A stretch of 64,000 nt of DNA from Pelagibacterium sp. (GTDB lineage: Bacteria; Pseudomonadota; Alphaproteobacteria; Rhizobiales; Devosiaceae), in the NCBI RefSeq assembly GCF_965249125.1, contig NZ_OZ252217.1:235736-299735 (forward strand), written 5' to 3'. Position 1 is the stretch's first letter. Each line of letters starts with the position of its first letter. The position numbers and the translations under genes are program-made. Shown piece by piece: positions 1 to 10,379 of the stretch. A model generated the notes under the pieces. That model did no database searches and was not told the DNA's origin. It saw only the letters and a program-made list of their open reading frames with translations.

Positions 1-978
1 TGCATCGAGGTGCCATCCGAGCCGACCTCAAGTGGATTTTGCGACAAGATCAAGCTCAAATCGTATCCATGCGTTGAATTTGGTGGCGTGATCTGGACGT
101 ATATGGGGCCGCCGGAGCATAAGCCCGAATTGCCTGAATATGAATGGGCCAAGGTCCCAGCGTCCCATCGCTATCTCTCCAAGCGCTGGCAGCAAAGCAA
201 TTACCTGCAAGCCATGGAAGGCGGAATCGATTCGAGCCACGTCTCATTTCTCCATTCCGGCGATATCAATCGCGATCCCCTTCACAAGGGGACCGACGGA
301 GCCAAATATGCCCGCTCCACCAATACGACGTTCGACATTCATGAATCCTTGGGTGGTCTGATGATCGGCGCACGTCGCAAGGCTGAGCCGGGGTATCATT
401 ATTGGCGCGTGACCCAGTGGATGATGCCTTGGTACACGCTCATTCCGCCCTATAAAGGCAATGCGCTCAACGGTCACGCCTGGGTGCCGATGGATGACGA
501 AAACTGCATGGCCTGGACCATGACCTTCCATCCTACCCGCCCCTTGACGGAGCAGGAGGTCGAGCTGATGGAAAATGGGCATGGCGTTCATACCGAGCTG
601 ATACCGGGGACGTTTACTCCAGTTGCCAACATGACGAACGACTACCTGATGGATCGTGAGGCACAGCGCCAGAAGATCTACTATTCGGGTATCAAGGGCA
701 TCGCTATCCAGGATGCATCGTTGCAGGAAAGCATGGGTGCAATCGCCGATCGGACAAAGGAAAATCTGGTCTCGACCGACAATGCGATCATTATGGCGCG
801 TATGCGCCTCAAGAAGGCGGCCCGGTCGCTTGCAAAGGGCGCCCCGCCCCCAGGCACCGACCCCGAGAGCCATAAGGTCCGGTCAGCGTCCTTCATTCTC
901 CCCGAGGATGGCCCTTTCAAGGAAACGGCATTGGAAGCGTCCGAAATGAAAATCGGCGAACCTTTCGTCGCCGTCTGA
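1..978 (+). CDS. Rieske aromatic ring-hydroxylating oxygenase alpha subunit (VanA/LigX/phthalate dioxygenase-like), 5' end outside window
   Basis: Frame is open from base 1 (CIEVPSE...). Motifs GGVIWTYMGP, NYLQAMEGGIDSSHVSFLH (mononuclear Fe His ligands) and IQDASLQESMG are typical of this family's catalytic domain. Confidence 0.85.
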   Translation, partial: CIEVPSEPTSSGFCDKIKLKSYPCVEFGGVIWTYMGPPEHKPELPEYEWAKVPASHRYLSKRWQQSNYLQAMEGGIDSSHVSFLHSGDINRDPLHKGTDGAKYARSTNTTFDIHESLGGLMIGARRKAEPGYHYWRVTQWMMPWYTLIPPYKGNALNGHAWVPMDDENCMAWTMTFHPTRPLTEQEVELMENGHGVHTELIPGTFTPVANMTNDYLMDREAQRQKIYYSGIKGIAIQDASLQESMGAIADRTKENLVSTDNAIIMARMRLKKAARSLAKGAPPPGTDPESHKVRSASFILPEDGPFKETALEASEMKIGEPFVAV

Positions 979-1040
979 TCAATCTCTAAGGTTGCCTGGC
1001 GGCTTCCGCCCGGCAACACTCATTTCCCTCTGGAGTTGAG

Positions 1041-2285
1041 ATGTCGCAGCAACGCAAACCGATCGTGATCGTCGGCGCAGGTCAGGCCGGTGGGTGGGTT
1101 GCGTTGACCCTCAACCGGATTGCACCTGAGCAGCCGGTTGTCCTGATCGGGTCCGAAACCCATCCGCCTTACGAACGCCCGCCGCTTTCCAAAGACATCC
1201 TTTTAGGCAAATCACCTCCTGAAAGCGCCTATCTCAAGCCGCTGGAGTTTTTCGAGGAGGTGGGCATAGATCTGCGGTTAGGCACCGAGGTCGAAAGGCT
1301 CGATCCGCTTACCAGAACCGTGGAGCTCTCGACCGGCGATCGAATTGAGTACGAGAGCCTGGTTCTGGCGACGGGAAGCCGACCGCGGATCCTCGAAATC
1401 GAGGGCGCGGATGCTCCTTGTGTCCGGACGTTGCGCAGCCTGAGCGATCTCGAACCGATCAGGCGCCACCTCAAACCTGAACGCAACATCGTTTGTATCG
1501 GAGCGGGTTTCATCGGGCTTGAAGTCGCTGCTGCGACCCGAAGTGCGGGATGCAATGTCCACGTGGTGGAGGCCGCTCCGCACGCTCTGGGACGGGCGGT
1601 GGCTCCCCAGGTCGCCGATGCCCTGGTGGCGCGCCACGAGCGCCATGGTGTGGACTTCACGTTCGACGCATCTGTCAAATCCCTAAAAACTGAAGGCGCT
1701 GGCGCTACGGTGACACTCTCAAACGGTCAGGCACTTCCCGCCGATCTGGTCATTGTGGGAGTAGGCGGCACCGCCAATGATCAGCTCGCGCGCCGCGCCG
1801 GGCTCGATTGCAGCAATGGGGTCTGTGTCGACGAAAACGGTTGTACATCCGATCCGCATATTTTTGCGGTGGGTGACGTGGCCCACCACTTCAGCCGGTC
1901 TCTCAACCGTTCTGTACGTCTCGAAAGTTGGCAAAACGCACAGAACCAGGCAATCGCCCTAGCCCACGAGATTGCCGGTCGGCCTGAACCCTGTCTCGAT
2001 CTGCCCTGGTTCTGGACGGATCAGTATGGCGACAATTTCCAGATCATCGGCATGCCCGAGCGATGGGACCGACTCGTTTGGAGAGGTTCGCCTGATGCAG
2101 ACCAGTTCACCGTGCTCTACATGGACGGACCCCGGGTCTGCGCAGGAAATACCCTCAACAATGCTCGTGATATTCGCCCATTGCGCGCCATGATTACAGA
2201 AGGGGCCGAATGGACCGACGTCACGCTCGCGGACACTTCCCGCTCACTTACCAAAATCCAAAAGACAAGGCAGGTCTCAGCATGA
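1041..2285 (+). CDS. FAD/NAD(P)H-dependent ferredoxin reductase (HcaD/putidaredoxin reductase family)
   Basis: GAGQAG FAD motif, PYERPPLSK, GAGFIGLE NADH motif, FAVGD, RLESWQNA and PWFWTDQY. Confidence 0.9.
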   Translation: MSQQRKPIVIVGAGQAGGWVALTLNRIAPEQPVVLIGSETHPPYERPPLSKDILLGKSPPESAYLKPLEFFEEVGIDLRLGTEVERLDPLTRTVELSTGDRIEYESLVLATGSRPRILEIEGADAPCVRTLRSLSDLEPIRRHLKPERNIVCIGAGFIGLEVAAATRSAGCNVHVVEAAPHALGRAVAPQVADALVARHERHGVDFTFDASVKSLKTEGAGATVTLSNGQALPADLVIVGVGGTANDQLARRAGLDCSNGVCVDENGCTSDPHIFAVGDVAHHFSRSLNRSVRLESWQNAQNQAIALAHEIAGRPEPCLDLPWFWTDQYGDNFQIIGMPERWDRLVWRGSPDADQFTVLYMDGPRVCAGNTLNNARDIRPLRAMITEGAEWTDVTLADTSRSLTKIQKTRQVSA

Positions 2286-3001
2286 ATGCAATTGCCAGCA
2301 ATCCGAGCAGCGAAATGATGGGCAGCCTTGAGGGCCAAAGGGTTCTGCTGATCGGTGCCGAGCATGGAGTCGGGCCCGCTGTTGCGGATTCTTTATTGAG
2401 CGCCGGCGCTCAACTGGTGACGGACGGCGGGGAGATCGGAGAAACATTGGCATCGGCAGGCAACGAAGACCTGATTGCAAAGAGCCATGAGCGATTGGGT
2501 GGACTTGACGTCCTGGTGATGAGCCCGCCGCCGGTGCGCAGCAAGCCGGTGCTGAACATGACGGGCCAAGAACTTCGCACCATCACCGAGGCGGAACTGG
2601 TGATCCCGGCGCTTCAAATGCAGGCTGCCGCACGAATCATGTGCAAAAACGGATACGGTAGAATCATCACTCTCATGTCCATGTCGGGCAAGGCCGGCGT
2701 GCATCATCTCGTTGCACCGTACGCCGCGGCCAAGGGCGGCCTGTTGAGTTTTACAAGGGTCTTGGCCGCAGAAACGGCAGAGCATGGTGTCACTGTCAAT
2801 GCCATCGCGACTGCGCTTTTCGAACCGCAGACGGCAACAATGCCCCAGGAAAAGCAGGACCGCCTCAGGGGAGAAGTCCCGGTGCGCCGTTTTGGTCGCA
2901 GTGAGGAGGCCGCACATGCAGTGCTGTATCTCGCCTCTCCGATGGCCGGGTTTGTAACCGGTGAATGTCTCAATTTGTCTGGTGGTCGCTTCATGGACTG
3001 A
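2282..3001 (+). CDS. Short-chain dehydrogenase/reductase (FabG-like)
   Basis: ATG at 2282 overlaps the upstream TGA (ATGA). YxxxK motif (YAAAK), VTVNAIA, GRSEEAAHAVLYLAS and VTGECLNLSGG. Confidence 0.85.
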   Translation: MNAIASNPSSEMMGSLEGQRVLLIGAEHGVGPAVADSLLSAGAQLVTDGGEIGETLASAGNEDLIAKSHERLGGLDVLVMSPPPVRSKPVLNMTGQELRTITEAELVIPALQMQAAARIMCKNGYGRIITLMSMSGKAGVHHLVAPYAAAKGGLLSFTRVLAAETAEHGVTVNAIATALFEPQTATMPQEKQDRLRGEVPVRRFGRSEEAAHAVLYLASPMAGFVTGECLNLSGGRFMD

Positions 3002-3126
3002 TGGCTGCGACTAGCGATGGGACCCTTCCTGTCCAACCCGCAGCCAAGAGACAATCGAGACAAAGCACGGGCAGCGTTTAATCCGGAACATCGGGGCCGG
3101 AGCGCCCAACAGGTGGAGACAGACAA

Positions 3127-3567
3127 ATGATCACGCAGACCATTATCAGGCGGCCAGGCAAACGGATCGAGGGATACAGGAATTCGTCTCCACGGTTCAT
3201 TAAGGTGTTGGGCGTCGGAGAGAAAGTCAGGGACGTGATAGCTGACATCAATGCTGACGAACGCGACAACATCCTCATGACTGGCTCGCTCGATCCGCAT
3301 GGGCTCCAGCCCATGGATGAGCCAGTCAACGGTATCAAGCCCCATGCCGTGATCGTCGTTCACGAACAGGGAGATCAGGACAAGTTTCCATTCTTGATCG
3401 AACGCACGGCTTCGATGTTGTCTTTTGTCATCCTCGAAACCAAGGGCGTGCTGCACGAAGAGGCCGAAAGCAACAAGGTGAGATCAATTCGAGCCATCGC
3501 CGACCTGTTCGTCACAACTTCTGATCGAGGATTCGTCAAGGAGCTGGTCAGCAACCTCGCCAGCTAG
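3127..3567 (+). CDS. Hypothetical protein, possibly a degenerate FtsZ/tubulin-fold domain
   Basis: 146-aa ORF with RBS (GGAG) upstream, in operon orientation. FIKVLGVG resembles the FtsZ N-terminal IKVIGVG; no GGGTGTG signature. Confidence 0.6.
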   Translation: MITQTIIRRPGKRIEGYRNSSPRFIKVLGVGEKVRDVIADINADERDNILMTGSLDPHGLQPMDEPVNGIKPHAVIVVHEQGDQDKFPFLIERTASMLSFVILETKGVLHEEAESNKVRSIRAIADLFVTTSDRGFVKELVSNLAS

Positions 3568-3592
3568 CAGCCCTTGGCGGCGGACATAGAAC

Positions 3593-3630
3593 AAAAAGGA
3601 AGGGCCGCTGGCAACAGCGCCCTTTTTTGC
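3593..3630. terminator. Intrinsic terminator
   Basis: GC hairpin (AGGGCCGCTG-GCAA-CAGCGCCCT) flanked by an A-run and a T-run, just after the 3567 stop. Confidence 0.7.
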
Positions 3631-3808
3631 CATCAGGCAGTGCCAACTTCATTTGCACGTGGGGGCGTTATGTCCGTCAATTTATATGCTTGGCAAATGA
3701 AAGGGGAGGCATAAAATATTGGACGCTGGTTGGCGCAAGCCCTAGTTTTTACTTGTCGGGTGTGGAGGCTCGGCTTGGAGGAACGTCATTATGACAGGGA
3801 GGGAACAC

Positions 3809-5341
3809 ATGCACATCACCAGAAGGGACGCGTTCAAGCTGCTTGGCGCGAGTGCTGCGAGCGTAGCTTTGATGAGCGCCCCGCGCATTGCATTCGGCCA
3901 GTCGGGTGGAGAAATTCGCGTCGCACTCGATGAAATTCCTCGGCAGCTCGATCCGCTGCTGTACCAAACCAATCCCGGCTACCGGGTGATGCAGAACATT
4001 TTCGACACGCTCTTGACTGTCGACTATGCCAATACCGGTGAAATCCGGCCTGGTCTCGCCGAAACCTGGGAGCGGGTCGACGGCAAAACACTGGATCTCA
4101 AGCTCCGGCAGGGGGTCACGTTCCACGATGGATCGCCATTGACTGCAGAGGATGTGGTGTTCAGTTTCGGTGCCGAGCGTCGCACCAGCGAGGATTCGCC
4201 AGGCTTCGGCACAGCCCAACAATTTCTCAACACAATCGAATCTGTCGAAGCCCTCGATGAGAGCACAATTCGGGTCATCTCCAGTGTCGAGGATCCGACG
4301 ATTGAGTTGCGTCTGACGGCGTGGGGTGCACAGATTGTCAGCAAGGCCGCGTTCGAAGCCGCAGGTGGTTTTGAAGGCTTTGCTCAGGCACCCGTCGGCA
4401 CGGGTCCATTCCGCGTGGTCTCCCTAACTGCTGACACCGTGGAACTGGTCTCCTTCGAGGACTATTGGGGGGGGCGGCCCGACATCGATGCATTGGTGTA
4501 CCGACTCGCACCAGAGCTGTCGTCGCGGATTGCGGGCCTCGTCAGCGGAGATTTTGACATCATCGCCGACGTTCCGACCGATCAGTTTGGCCCGATAGAG
4601 TCCAGCCCTAATCTCGAGATCGTCGGGGGTACAGTCGCCAGCATGCGGGTGGTCAAATTCGATACCCGCAATGAGACACTGGCTGACGTTCGAATTCGCA
4701 AAGCTCTGAGCCTGGCAGTCGACCGCCAGGCGATCGTCGACGCGCTTTGGAATGGCCTCGTCGAGGTTCCCAATGGCCACCAGCTGCCAAGTTTTGGGCC
4801 CCTCTACGACCCTGATCGTGATCCTTATCGATATGATCCCGATGAAGCTCGGCGATTGCTGGAGGAGGCCGGATATGACGGCACACCCATTCCATTCCGC
4901 ATCCGTGTTGCGGCCTACGGTCCTGAACTCGCGACCTCTCAGGTGCTCGTGTCCATGTGGGAGCAAGTGGGCGTCAACATCGATCTGCAGATCGTAGAGA
5001 ATTTCGGTCAGATGATGGCTTACCCTGGGACCGGGATCCGTAGCGGGGTTGATCCCATTCTCGTGCCGGATCCGCTTTTCGGCTTATGGCGCTCTTATAA
5101 CGAATCCGAGCGCGAGGTGTGGGAGAATGAAGACTTCTACGAGCAGGGTCACATATTGGAATCTAGCCTGGACGCAGACGAGCGCAAGAAAGCGTTTGAC
5201 GCGATGATGGATATTTTTGACGCCGATCCCCCTGCAATCATCCTGCACACGATGGGCGTTTTCTACGGCAAGAGGAAAAACGTTGAATGGGATCCTCTGC
5301 CCTCTGTCTACATGGATTTCGCCAACGCCTCGATCAGCTGA
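3809..5341 (+). CDS. Dipeptide/oligopeptide-family ABC substrate-binding protein, Tat-exported
   Basis: Twin-arginine signal TRRDAFKLL; LRQGVTFHDGSPLTAEDVVFS and PVGTGPF family-5 SBP motifs; RBS GGGAGG before ATG 3809. Confidence 0.9.
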   Translation: MHITRRDAFKLLGASAASVALMSAPRIAFGQSGGEIRVALDEIPRQLDPLLYQTNPGYRVMQNIFDTLLTVDYANTGEIRPGLAETWERVDGKTLDLKLRQGVTFHDGSPLTAEDVVFSFGAERRTSEDSPGFGTAQQFLNTIESVEALDESTIRVISSVEDPTIELRLTAWGAQIVSKAAFEAAGGFEGFAQAPVGTGPFRVVSLTADTVELVSFEDYWGGRPDIDALVYRLAPELSSRIAGLVSGDFDIIADVPTDQFGPIESSPNLEIVGGTVASMRVVKFDTRNETLADVRIRKALSLAVDRQAIVDALWNGLVEVPNGHQLPSFGPLYDPDRDPYRYDPDEARRLLEEAGYDGTPIPFRIRVAAYGPELATSQVLVSMWEQVGVNIDLQIVENFGQMMAYPGTGIRSGVDPILVPDPLFGLWRSYNESEREVWENEDFYEQGHILESSLDADERKKAFDAMMDIFDADPPAIILHTMGVFYGKRKNVEWDPLPSVYMDFANASIS

Positions 5342-5379
5342 TCATTGTCGGTCCAATCTGGCTGCATGGGAGTATCTAT

Positions 5380-7017
5380 ATGCCGCACACCCAACTGAAA
5401 GAGCCGGCCGTCAGCGTCGAAAATCTCAACATCGCCCTGCCGGTCAGTCCTCCCATGGAGCTGGTCAGGAATATTTCGTTTTCGATCGACAAGGGTGATT
5501 ATTTCGCCCTTGTCGGAGAGAGCGGAAGCGGTAAGAGCATCACCTGTCATTCCATGATGCGACTGTTGCCTTTCAAACCCAAGATCAGCGGTCGCATCAT
5601 CATTGATGGAAAGGACGTCTGGAGCCTCGGTTACAAGCAATTGGTGGAGTTCCGCCGCAAATCGGTAGGCATGGTCTTTCAGGACCCGCTTGCTGCTCTC
5701 AATCCGGTCCGCACCATCGGCTCGCAAATGCTCGAAACATTGCGCATTTACTATCCGCAGGCCGATGCCGATGAACTGCGCAACAGGGCCATTGCCGCTC
5801 TCCGGGAGGTGCATATCCCAGAGCCCGCCTCGCGCCTGGGTGTCTACCCTCATCAGCTTTCAGGCGGGCTCAACCAGCGCGTCATGATTGCATTGGCACT
5901 TCTGGGCGACCCGCAGCTCTTGATTGCGGACGAGCCCACGACTGCCTTGGACATGAGCGTCCAGGCAGAAGTACTCGATCTCATCGACGAGTTGCGGCGC
6001 AAGAATGATCTCACGGTTCTGCTTGTGACCCACGACCTTGGTATCGTACGCGACAGGGCCACGAACATCGCCGTGCTCCAGCGCGGTGTGATGGTCGAGC
6101 AGGGCCCCGCCAACGAGGTTACCTCGTCACCTAGAGCAGAATATTCTCGTGAACTTTTCGAAGCATCTTCGGTCGAATGGCCTGGACGCGACACTGTCGA
6201 GCGCAAGAACACGCCGGTGTGCCTAAGCTTTGCGGGCGTCAACAAGACCTTCTTTGCATCCAAGCGCGACCGTAAGATGGGAGTCGGCATACCGGCGGCA
6301 AAGAACCTGTCGTTTGAAGTCCGCGCCGGTGAAATCGTGGCTTTGATTGGGGAAAGCGGATCCGGCAAGACCACCGCCGCCAAGATGGCCATGGGGCTGG
6401 AAACGCCCGATACAGGACAGGTCGTCGTGCATAAGAGCCCTAACGACCCCTCCAAGCCACTGAACATGCAGATGGTCTTCCAGCACCCGCGCGATTCCCT
6501 CGACCCTCTGATGCGCGTCGAAGACCAGCTGCACGAGGTGCTTTTGGTGCACGGTTGGCGCGACAAAGCGAAACGGCGTGCCCACATTCTCAAGATCATC
6601 GAGGACGTCGGGCTCGAGCCACATGTCCTTGATCGCCGACCGACCTACCTCAGTGGCGGCGAGGCCCAGCGTGTGGTGATCGCGCGCGCTCTGCTCCTTG
6701 AACCCGACATGCTTATCGCCGACGAACCACTTTCGGCCGTCGACGTCCGCATCCAGAAACATATCCTGGACTGCCTTCATCGCTTGCGCGACCGGCTTGG
6801 TATCGCAATCCTGCTCATCACCCACGACTTGCGCGTCGTGTTCGAAATCGCGGATCAGGTCGTAGTCCTGCGTCGCGGTCGGGTGGTTGAAGATGTCCCC
6901 GTGTCCTTGTTCACGGATGGTGCCCGCGATGAATACACCCAGACGCTGATCAACGCAGTGCCAGGCAAGACGGCGGCAAGAACACTTGATCCTACCCCCC
7001 GCGCGGCCTTGGCCTAG
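5380..7017 (+). CDS. Fused double-domain ABC ATPase (OppD+OppF-like)
   Basis: Two Walker A motifs ([16 protein letters not shown]), two signature motifs (LSGG) and two Walker B motifs (IADEP). Confidence 0.9.
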   Translation: MPHTQLKEPAVSVENLNIALPVSPPMELVRNISFSIDKGDYFALVGESGSGKSITCHSMMRLLPFKPKISGRIIIDGKDVWSLGYKQLVEFRRKSVGMVFQDPLAALNPVRTIGSQMLETLRIYYPQADADELRNRAIAALREVHIPEPASRLGVYPHQLSGGLNQRVMIALALLGDPQLLIADEPTTALDMSVQAEVLDLIDELRRKNDLTVLLVTHDLGIVRDRATNIAVLQRGVMVEQGPANEVTSSPRAEYSRELFEASSVEWPGRDTVERKNTPVCLSFAGVNKTFFASKRDRKMGVGIPAAKNLSFEVRAGEIVALIGESGSGKTTAAKMAMGLETPDTGQVVVHKSPNDPSKPLNMQMVFQHPRDSLDPLMRVEDQLHEVLLVHGWRDKAKRRAHILKIIEDVGLEPHVLDRRPTYLSGGEAQRVVIARALLLEPDMLIADEPLSAVDVRIQKHILDCLHRLRDRLGIAILLITHDLRVVFEIADQVVVLRRGRVVEDVPVSLFTDGARDEYTQTLINAVPGKTAARTLDPTPRAALA

Positions 7018-7043
7018 TACCAGCCTTCACGAGGATAGATATC

Positions 7044-7967
7044 GTGACACTAACATTGAGACTGCTCCGCGCAATCGTATCGCTTTGGGTTATCGTGACG
7101 CTGGTTTTCCTCGCGCTGCGAGCCACGGGCGACCCGATCACCGCGATATTTGACCCCGACAATACTACCCAGGCGGCGCTGGATGCCTATCGCGTCCAAT
7201 GGGGCTACAGCGGCACGATATTCGAGCAGTATGTGGTTTATATCGGAAACATCCTACAGGGAGATTTCGGATTCTCCTCGATGTCCAACCGATCCGCCGC
7301 GAGTGTGGTCTTCGAGCGACTTCCGGCGACCCTGCAACTTGTCGGATTAAGCACCCTACTGATGATTGTCGTGGGTTTGCCAATCGGGGCGCTTGCTGCG
7401 CTTAACTCCGGCGGTCCGCTCGACCGGCATGTGATGAACTTTACGACCGTGGGCTTCGCCCTGCCCAATTTTGTTCTGGGGCTGGTTCTTATCCTGATAC
7501 TGTCGGTCAATATGCGTTTGCTTCCTTCCAACGGTTCGGGGTCCTGGCAGCATCTGGTCATGCCCGTTCTCACGATCGGGCTTTCCAAGGCCGCAATCTT
7601 CACGCGTTTTGTTCGCTCGTCCATTCTGGACGCGGCCAAGCTCCAATGCGTGGTATCCGCCCGAGCACGCGGGGTGGGGGAGTTCGAGATCTTTTGGCGC
7701 CACATCGTGCCCAACGCCGTGCTCCCACTGGTGACCATCACACCGCTGCTCGTTGGCGCGATGGTTGCAGCCAGCGCCGTCATTGAATCGGTATTCGGTT
7801 GGCCCGGGGTCGGGCGGCTCATTGTGGAGTCCGTTGCCCAGCGCGATCTGGCGGTTCTCCAGCTCATCATCATGCTGATCGCATTCGTCATGATCGCGAC
7901 AAATCTGATCGTCGATCTGTCTTACGCCAAACTCGACCCGCGCACTGCAGCAGCAGGCGCCCACTGA
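7044..7967 (+). CDS. ABC permease (OppB/DppB family)
   Basis: GDFGFS, RLPATLQL, EAA-like loop (SARARG), HIVPNA, VIESVFGWPGVG. Confidence 0.9.
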   Translation: MTLTLRLLRAIVSLWVIVTLVFLALRATGDPITAIFDPDNTTQAALDAYRVQWGYSGTIFEQYVVYIGNILQGDFGFSSMSNRSAASVVFERLPATLQLVGLSTLLMIVVGLPIGALAALNSGGPLDRHVMNFTTVGFALPNFVLGLVLILILSVNMRLLPSNGSGSWQHLVMPVLTIGLSKAAIFTRFVRSSILDAAKLQCVVSARARGVGEFEIFWRHIVPNAVLPLVTITPLLVGAMVAASAVIESVFGWPGVGRLIVESVAQRDLAVLQLIIMLIAFVMIATNLIVDLSYAKLDPRTAAAGAH

Positions 7968-7981
7968 CCCGGAGTGCAACA

Positions 7982-8860
7982 ATGTCCGATGTCACGCCCG
8001 CACAAGCTGACTCAGCTGTGGCAAAATCCCCACGGTTCAATCCGATGCTGCTGCCTTTGGGCGTCCAGTTGGCGATGGTCTGGATGCTGATCTGCCTGGG
8101 CCTCATCCTTGTTCTGCCACTGATCGTCTCCCTCGACGTTAACGCGATCAGTCTGACGGCACGCCTGCAGCCTCCTGTCTTTTTTGGCGGAACTCTGGAC
8201 CACGCCCTGGGGACCGACGATCTGGGACGGGATGTTCTGGCGCGTTTGATTGCCTCGCTGCAAACGAGTTTGTCCATTGCATTGGCGGCGACCGTAATTT
8301 CCGCCACGCTCGGAACCCTGATCGGTGTCGTTTCGGCGCATTTTGGAGGCTGGATCGATCAGTTCATCGTTGCGGCGGTCGACGCGCAGGTGTCGGTCCC
8401 CTTCATTATCATCTCGCTGACCTTGACCGCGATCTTTGGCAATAATTTCCTTCTGTTCATATTCATCCTGGGGCTGTTTGGCTGGGAGCGGTACACCCGT
8501 CTTGCTCGCGCCATGACCCTGGCGTCGAAGGGGCGGGGGTATGTGCTGGCCATGCGAACACTCGGCTTCCCATGGAGGCGCATCTACCTGCGCCACGTTC
8601 TGCCCAACATCGCAAGTTCGCTGCTGGTGACCGCCACGATCACGTTTCCCGAGGTCATTCTTCTTGAAACCTCGCTGAGCTTTCTCGGCCTTGGTATTCA
8701 GCCCCCAATGACCAGCCTGGGGAATATGCTTGGATTTGGTCGCTCCTATCTGCTCACAGGATGGTGGATCGCGGTTGCTCCGGCCCTCGTGATCTTCCTG
8801 TGCGCGCTAGCCGTCAGCATCATTGGCGATTGGGCTCGGTCAGTCATTAGTAGGATCTAA
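7982..8860 (+). CDS. ABC permease (OppC/DppC family)
   Basis: HALGTDDLGRDVLAR, RHVLPN, LSFLGLGIQPP. Confidence 0.9.
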   Translation: MSDVTPAQADSAVAKSPRFNPMLLPLGVQLAMVWMLICLGLILVLPLIVSLDVNAISLTARLQPPVFFGGTLDHALGTDDLGRDVLARLIASLQTSLSIALAATVISATLGTLIGVVSAHFGGWIDQFIVAAVDAQVSVPFIIISLTLTAIFGNNFLLFIFILGLFGWERYTRLARAMTLASKGRGYVLAMRTLGFPWRRIYLRHVLPNIASSLLVTATITFPEVILLETSLSFLGLGIQPPMTSLGNMLGFGRSYLLTGWWIAVAPALVIFLCALAVSIIGDWARSVISRI

Positions 8861-8885
8861 CCGACCTCAAATGCGCAAACAAGTT

Positions 8886-8916
8886 CGGCCCGCAAGCGTT
8901 GCTTGCGGGCCGTTTT
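8886..8916. terminator. Terminator between convergent operons
   Basis: Perfect 12-bp stem CGGCCCGCAAGC-GTT-GCTTGCGGGCCG followed by TTTT. Confidence 0.85.
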
Positions 8917-8934
8917 CAGTTCACTTTGGAAGAG

Positions 8935-9597
8935 CTAGCGGGACAGCAACTCACGAAGCCGGGAGACCGCCGCACCGGGGGCCGACAGAACCGGCACTGT
9001 CGTTTTCTCTGAAAGAGCTCGTGCAGCGCGCGACGTGGAAAAGTGCGCCAGCATGATTGTATCAAACGTGCTGAGTTCTTCGGCGTTCTCGGCGATGAGC
9101 CGGTTGTGGGTCTCGGCATCTCCGGCACGCAGTGCGGCCATGGCCGGCTCAACGACAATGGTGGTCAGCTTGGCCCGCGCACCAGTTTCGGCCATGAACT
9201 CTTTAAACTCAGCTTCCATTGTAACGACGGAGGGCCGGAAAGTTGCCACCATGGCGATGTTCTCGCCTTTGTTCAGTGCAGCCCGGAACATGGCTTCATT
9301 GGGTTTCAGGACAGGGACGGGCAGTTCTCCAGCCAATCGATCGATAGCCGGCCCAAAAGCCGAGCATGTAACAAGGATGGCGTCGGCTCCGATGCCATGT
9401 CCGTAGCGACCGAACGAGACAAACCGCTCGATCATCTCCGGAGTGAGGTTTTGGGTCAGGGCCCGATCGGGACTGAGGCTGTCGTCGAGCAGGTTGACCA
9501 GTTCAGGCTCTTCCCAAATAGCTCTGAATGCATCCTCAATGGGCTGGACGGCGACGGGAGTGGCGTGAAGCAATACAATGCGCGGCGGTTTGGACAT
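8935..9597 (-). CDS. Asp/Glu/hydantoin racemase family protein
   Basis: LVTCSAFG and IMLAHFS segments, PVLKPNEAM; RBS AAGGAG before ATG 9597. Confidence 0.75.
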   Translation of the reverse strand: MSKPPRIVLLHATPVAVQPIEDAFRAIWEEPELVNLLDDSLSPDRALTQNLTPEMIERFVSFGRYGHGIGADAILVTCSAFGPAIDRLAGELPVPVLKPNEAMFRAALNKGENIAMVATFRPSVVTMEAEFKEFMAETGARAKLTTIVVEPAMAALRAGDAETHNRLIAENAEELSTFDTIMLAHFSTSRAARALSEKTTVPVLSAPGAAVSRLRELLSR

Positions 9598-9676
9598 TTG
9601 AGTCTCCTTGGACATGACGAGCAGCACTCCCGCCTGGAGGCGGGAACGCTGCCGACTTCAAGAGGTGGTGAGTGGC

Positions 9677-10378
9677 TCAGAACCGCAGTTTGAGACCGCG
9701 ATTTTCATAGCTGCTCCGTGCTCGTGAACTCGATAACAGCTCGATGAACTTGCGCGCTCCGTCGCGATTGTCTGCTTGCGAAAAGAGGGCGGCCGAGAAA
9801 TCGGTGGTCTGTTGGCAATCGGGAGGGAGGGGACCAGCTATTGTTACCCCCTCCACCGCGCGCAGTTCGCTCATTTGCTGGATAGCGATGGCGGCCCGCC
9901 CCGATGCGGCCTGCTCGGCCGTCAGGCCCGCGGGAATGACCATGGCCTTGCTGCGCACAGCATCACCAATACCGAGGCGATCGATAAGGGATTCAAAATA
10001 GATCCCACTTGCGCCCGCCCGCGAGTAGCAGAGGTTCGGAACCGACAGCAGGAGCGCGACCAGATCATCGGCGTCACGCAGCGGAGGCGTGTCCATTCCC
10101 GGAGCGATTGCAATGCCAAACTCAGCCTGAACAAGCGGTAGGATCGAGTCCGGCTCGACAATTCCGCGCTCGGCAAGCTTGGAAATGGAATTGTCGATGG
10201 CAAATATCCCGTCGGCGGTTTCTCCAGCCTCGATGCGGTCCATCAGTTTGGCAGTCGGATCCCAGATGATCTCAGGGTGCTCCTCGGCACCGGGCAACAG
10301 ATCCTCTTTGACTGCCTGCAAGATAACCAGCGCGCACATGAACCTGGTGGCTGCGGGACCGACCGTTTTAGCCGCCAT
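9677..10378 (-). CDS. ModA-like periplasmic-binding-fold protein (orphan)
   Basis: YSRAGASGIYF, AIQQMSEL, GPLPPDCQQTTDFSAA typical of ModA-like SBPs; no adjacent permease. Confidence 0.75.
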   Translation of the reverse strand: MAAKTVGPAATRFMCALVILQAVKEDLLPGAEEHPEIIWDPTAKLMDRIEAGETADGIFAIDNSISKLAERGIVEPDSILPLVQAEFGIAIAPGMDTPPLRDADDLVALLLSVPNLCYSRAGASGIYFESLIDRLGIGDAVRSKAMVIPAGLTAEQAASGRAAIAIQQMSELRAVEGVTIAGPLPPDCQQTTDFSAALFSQADNRDGARKFIELLSSSRARSSYENRGLKLRF

Positions 10379-10379
10379 T

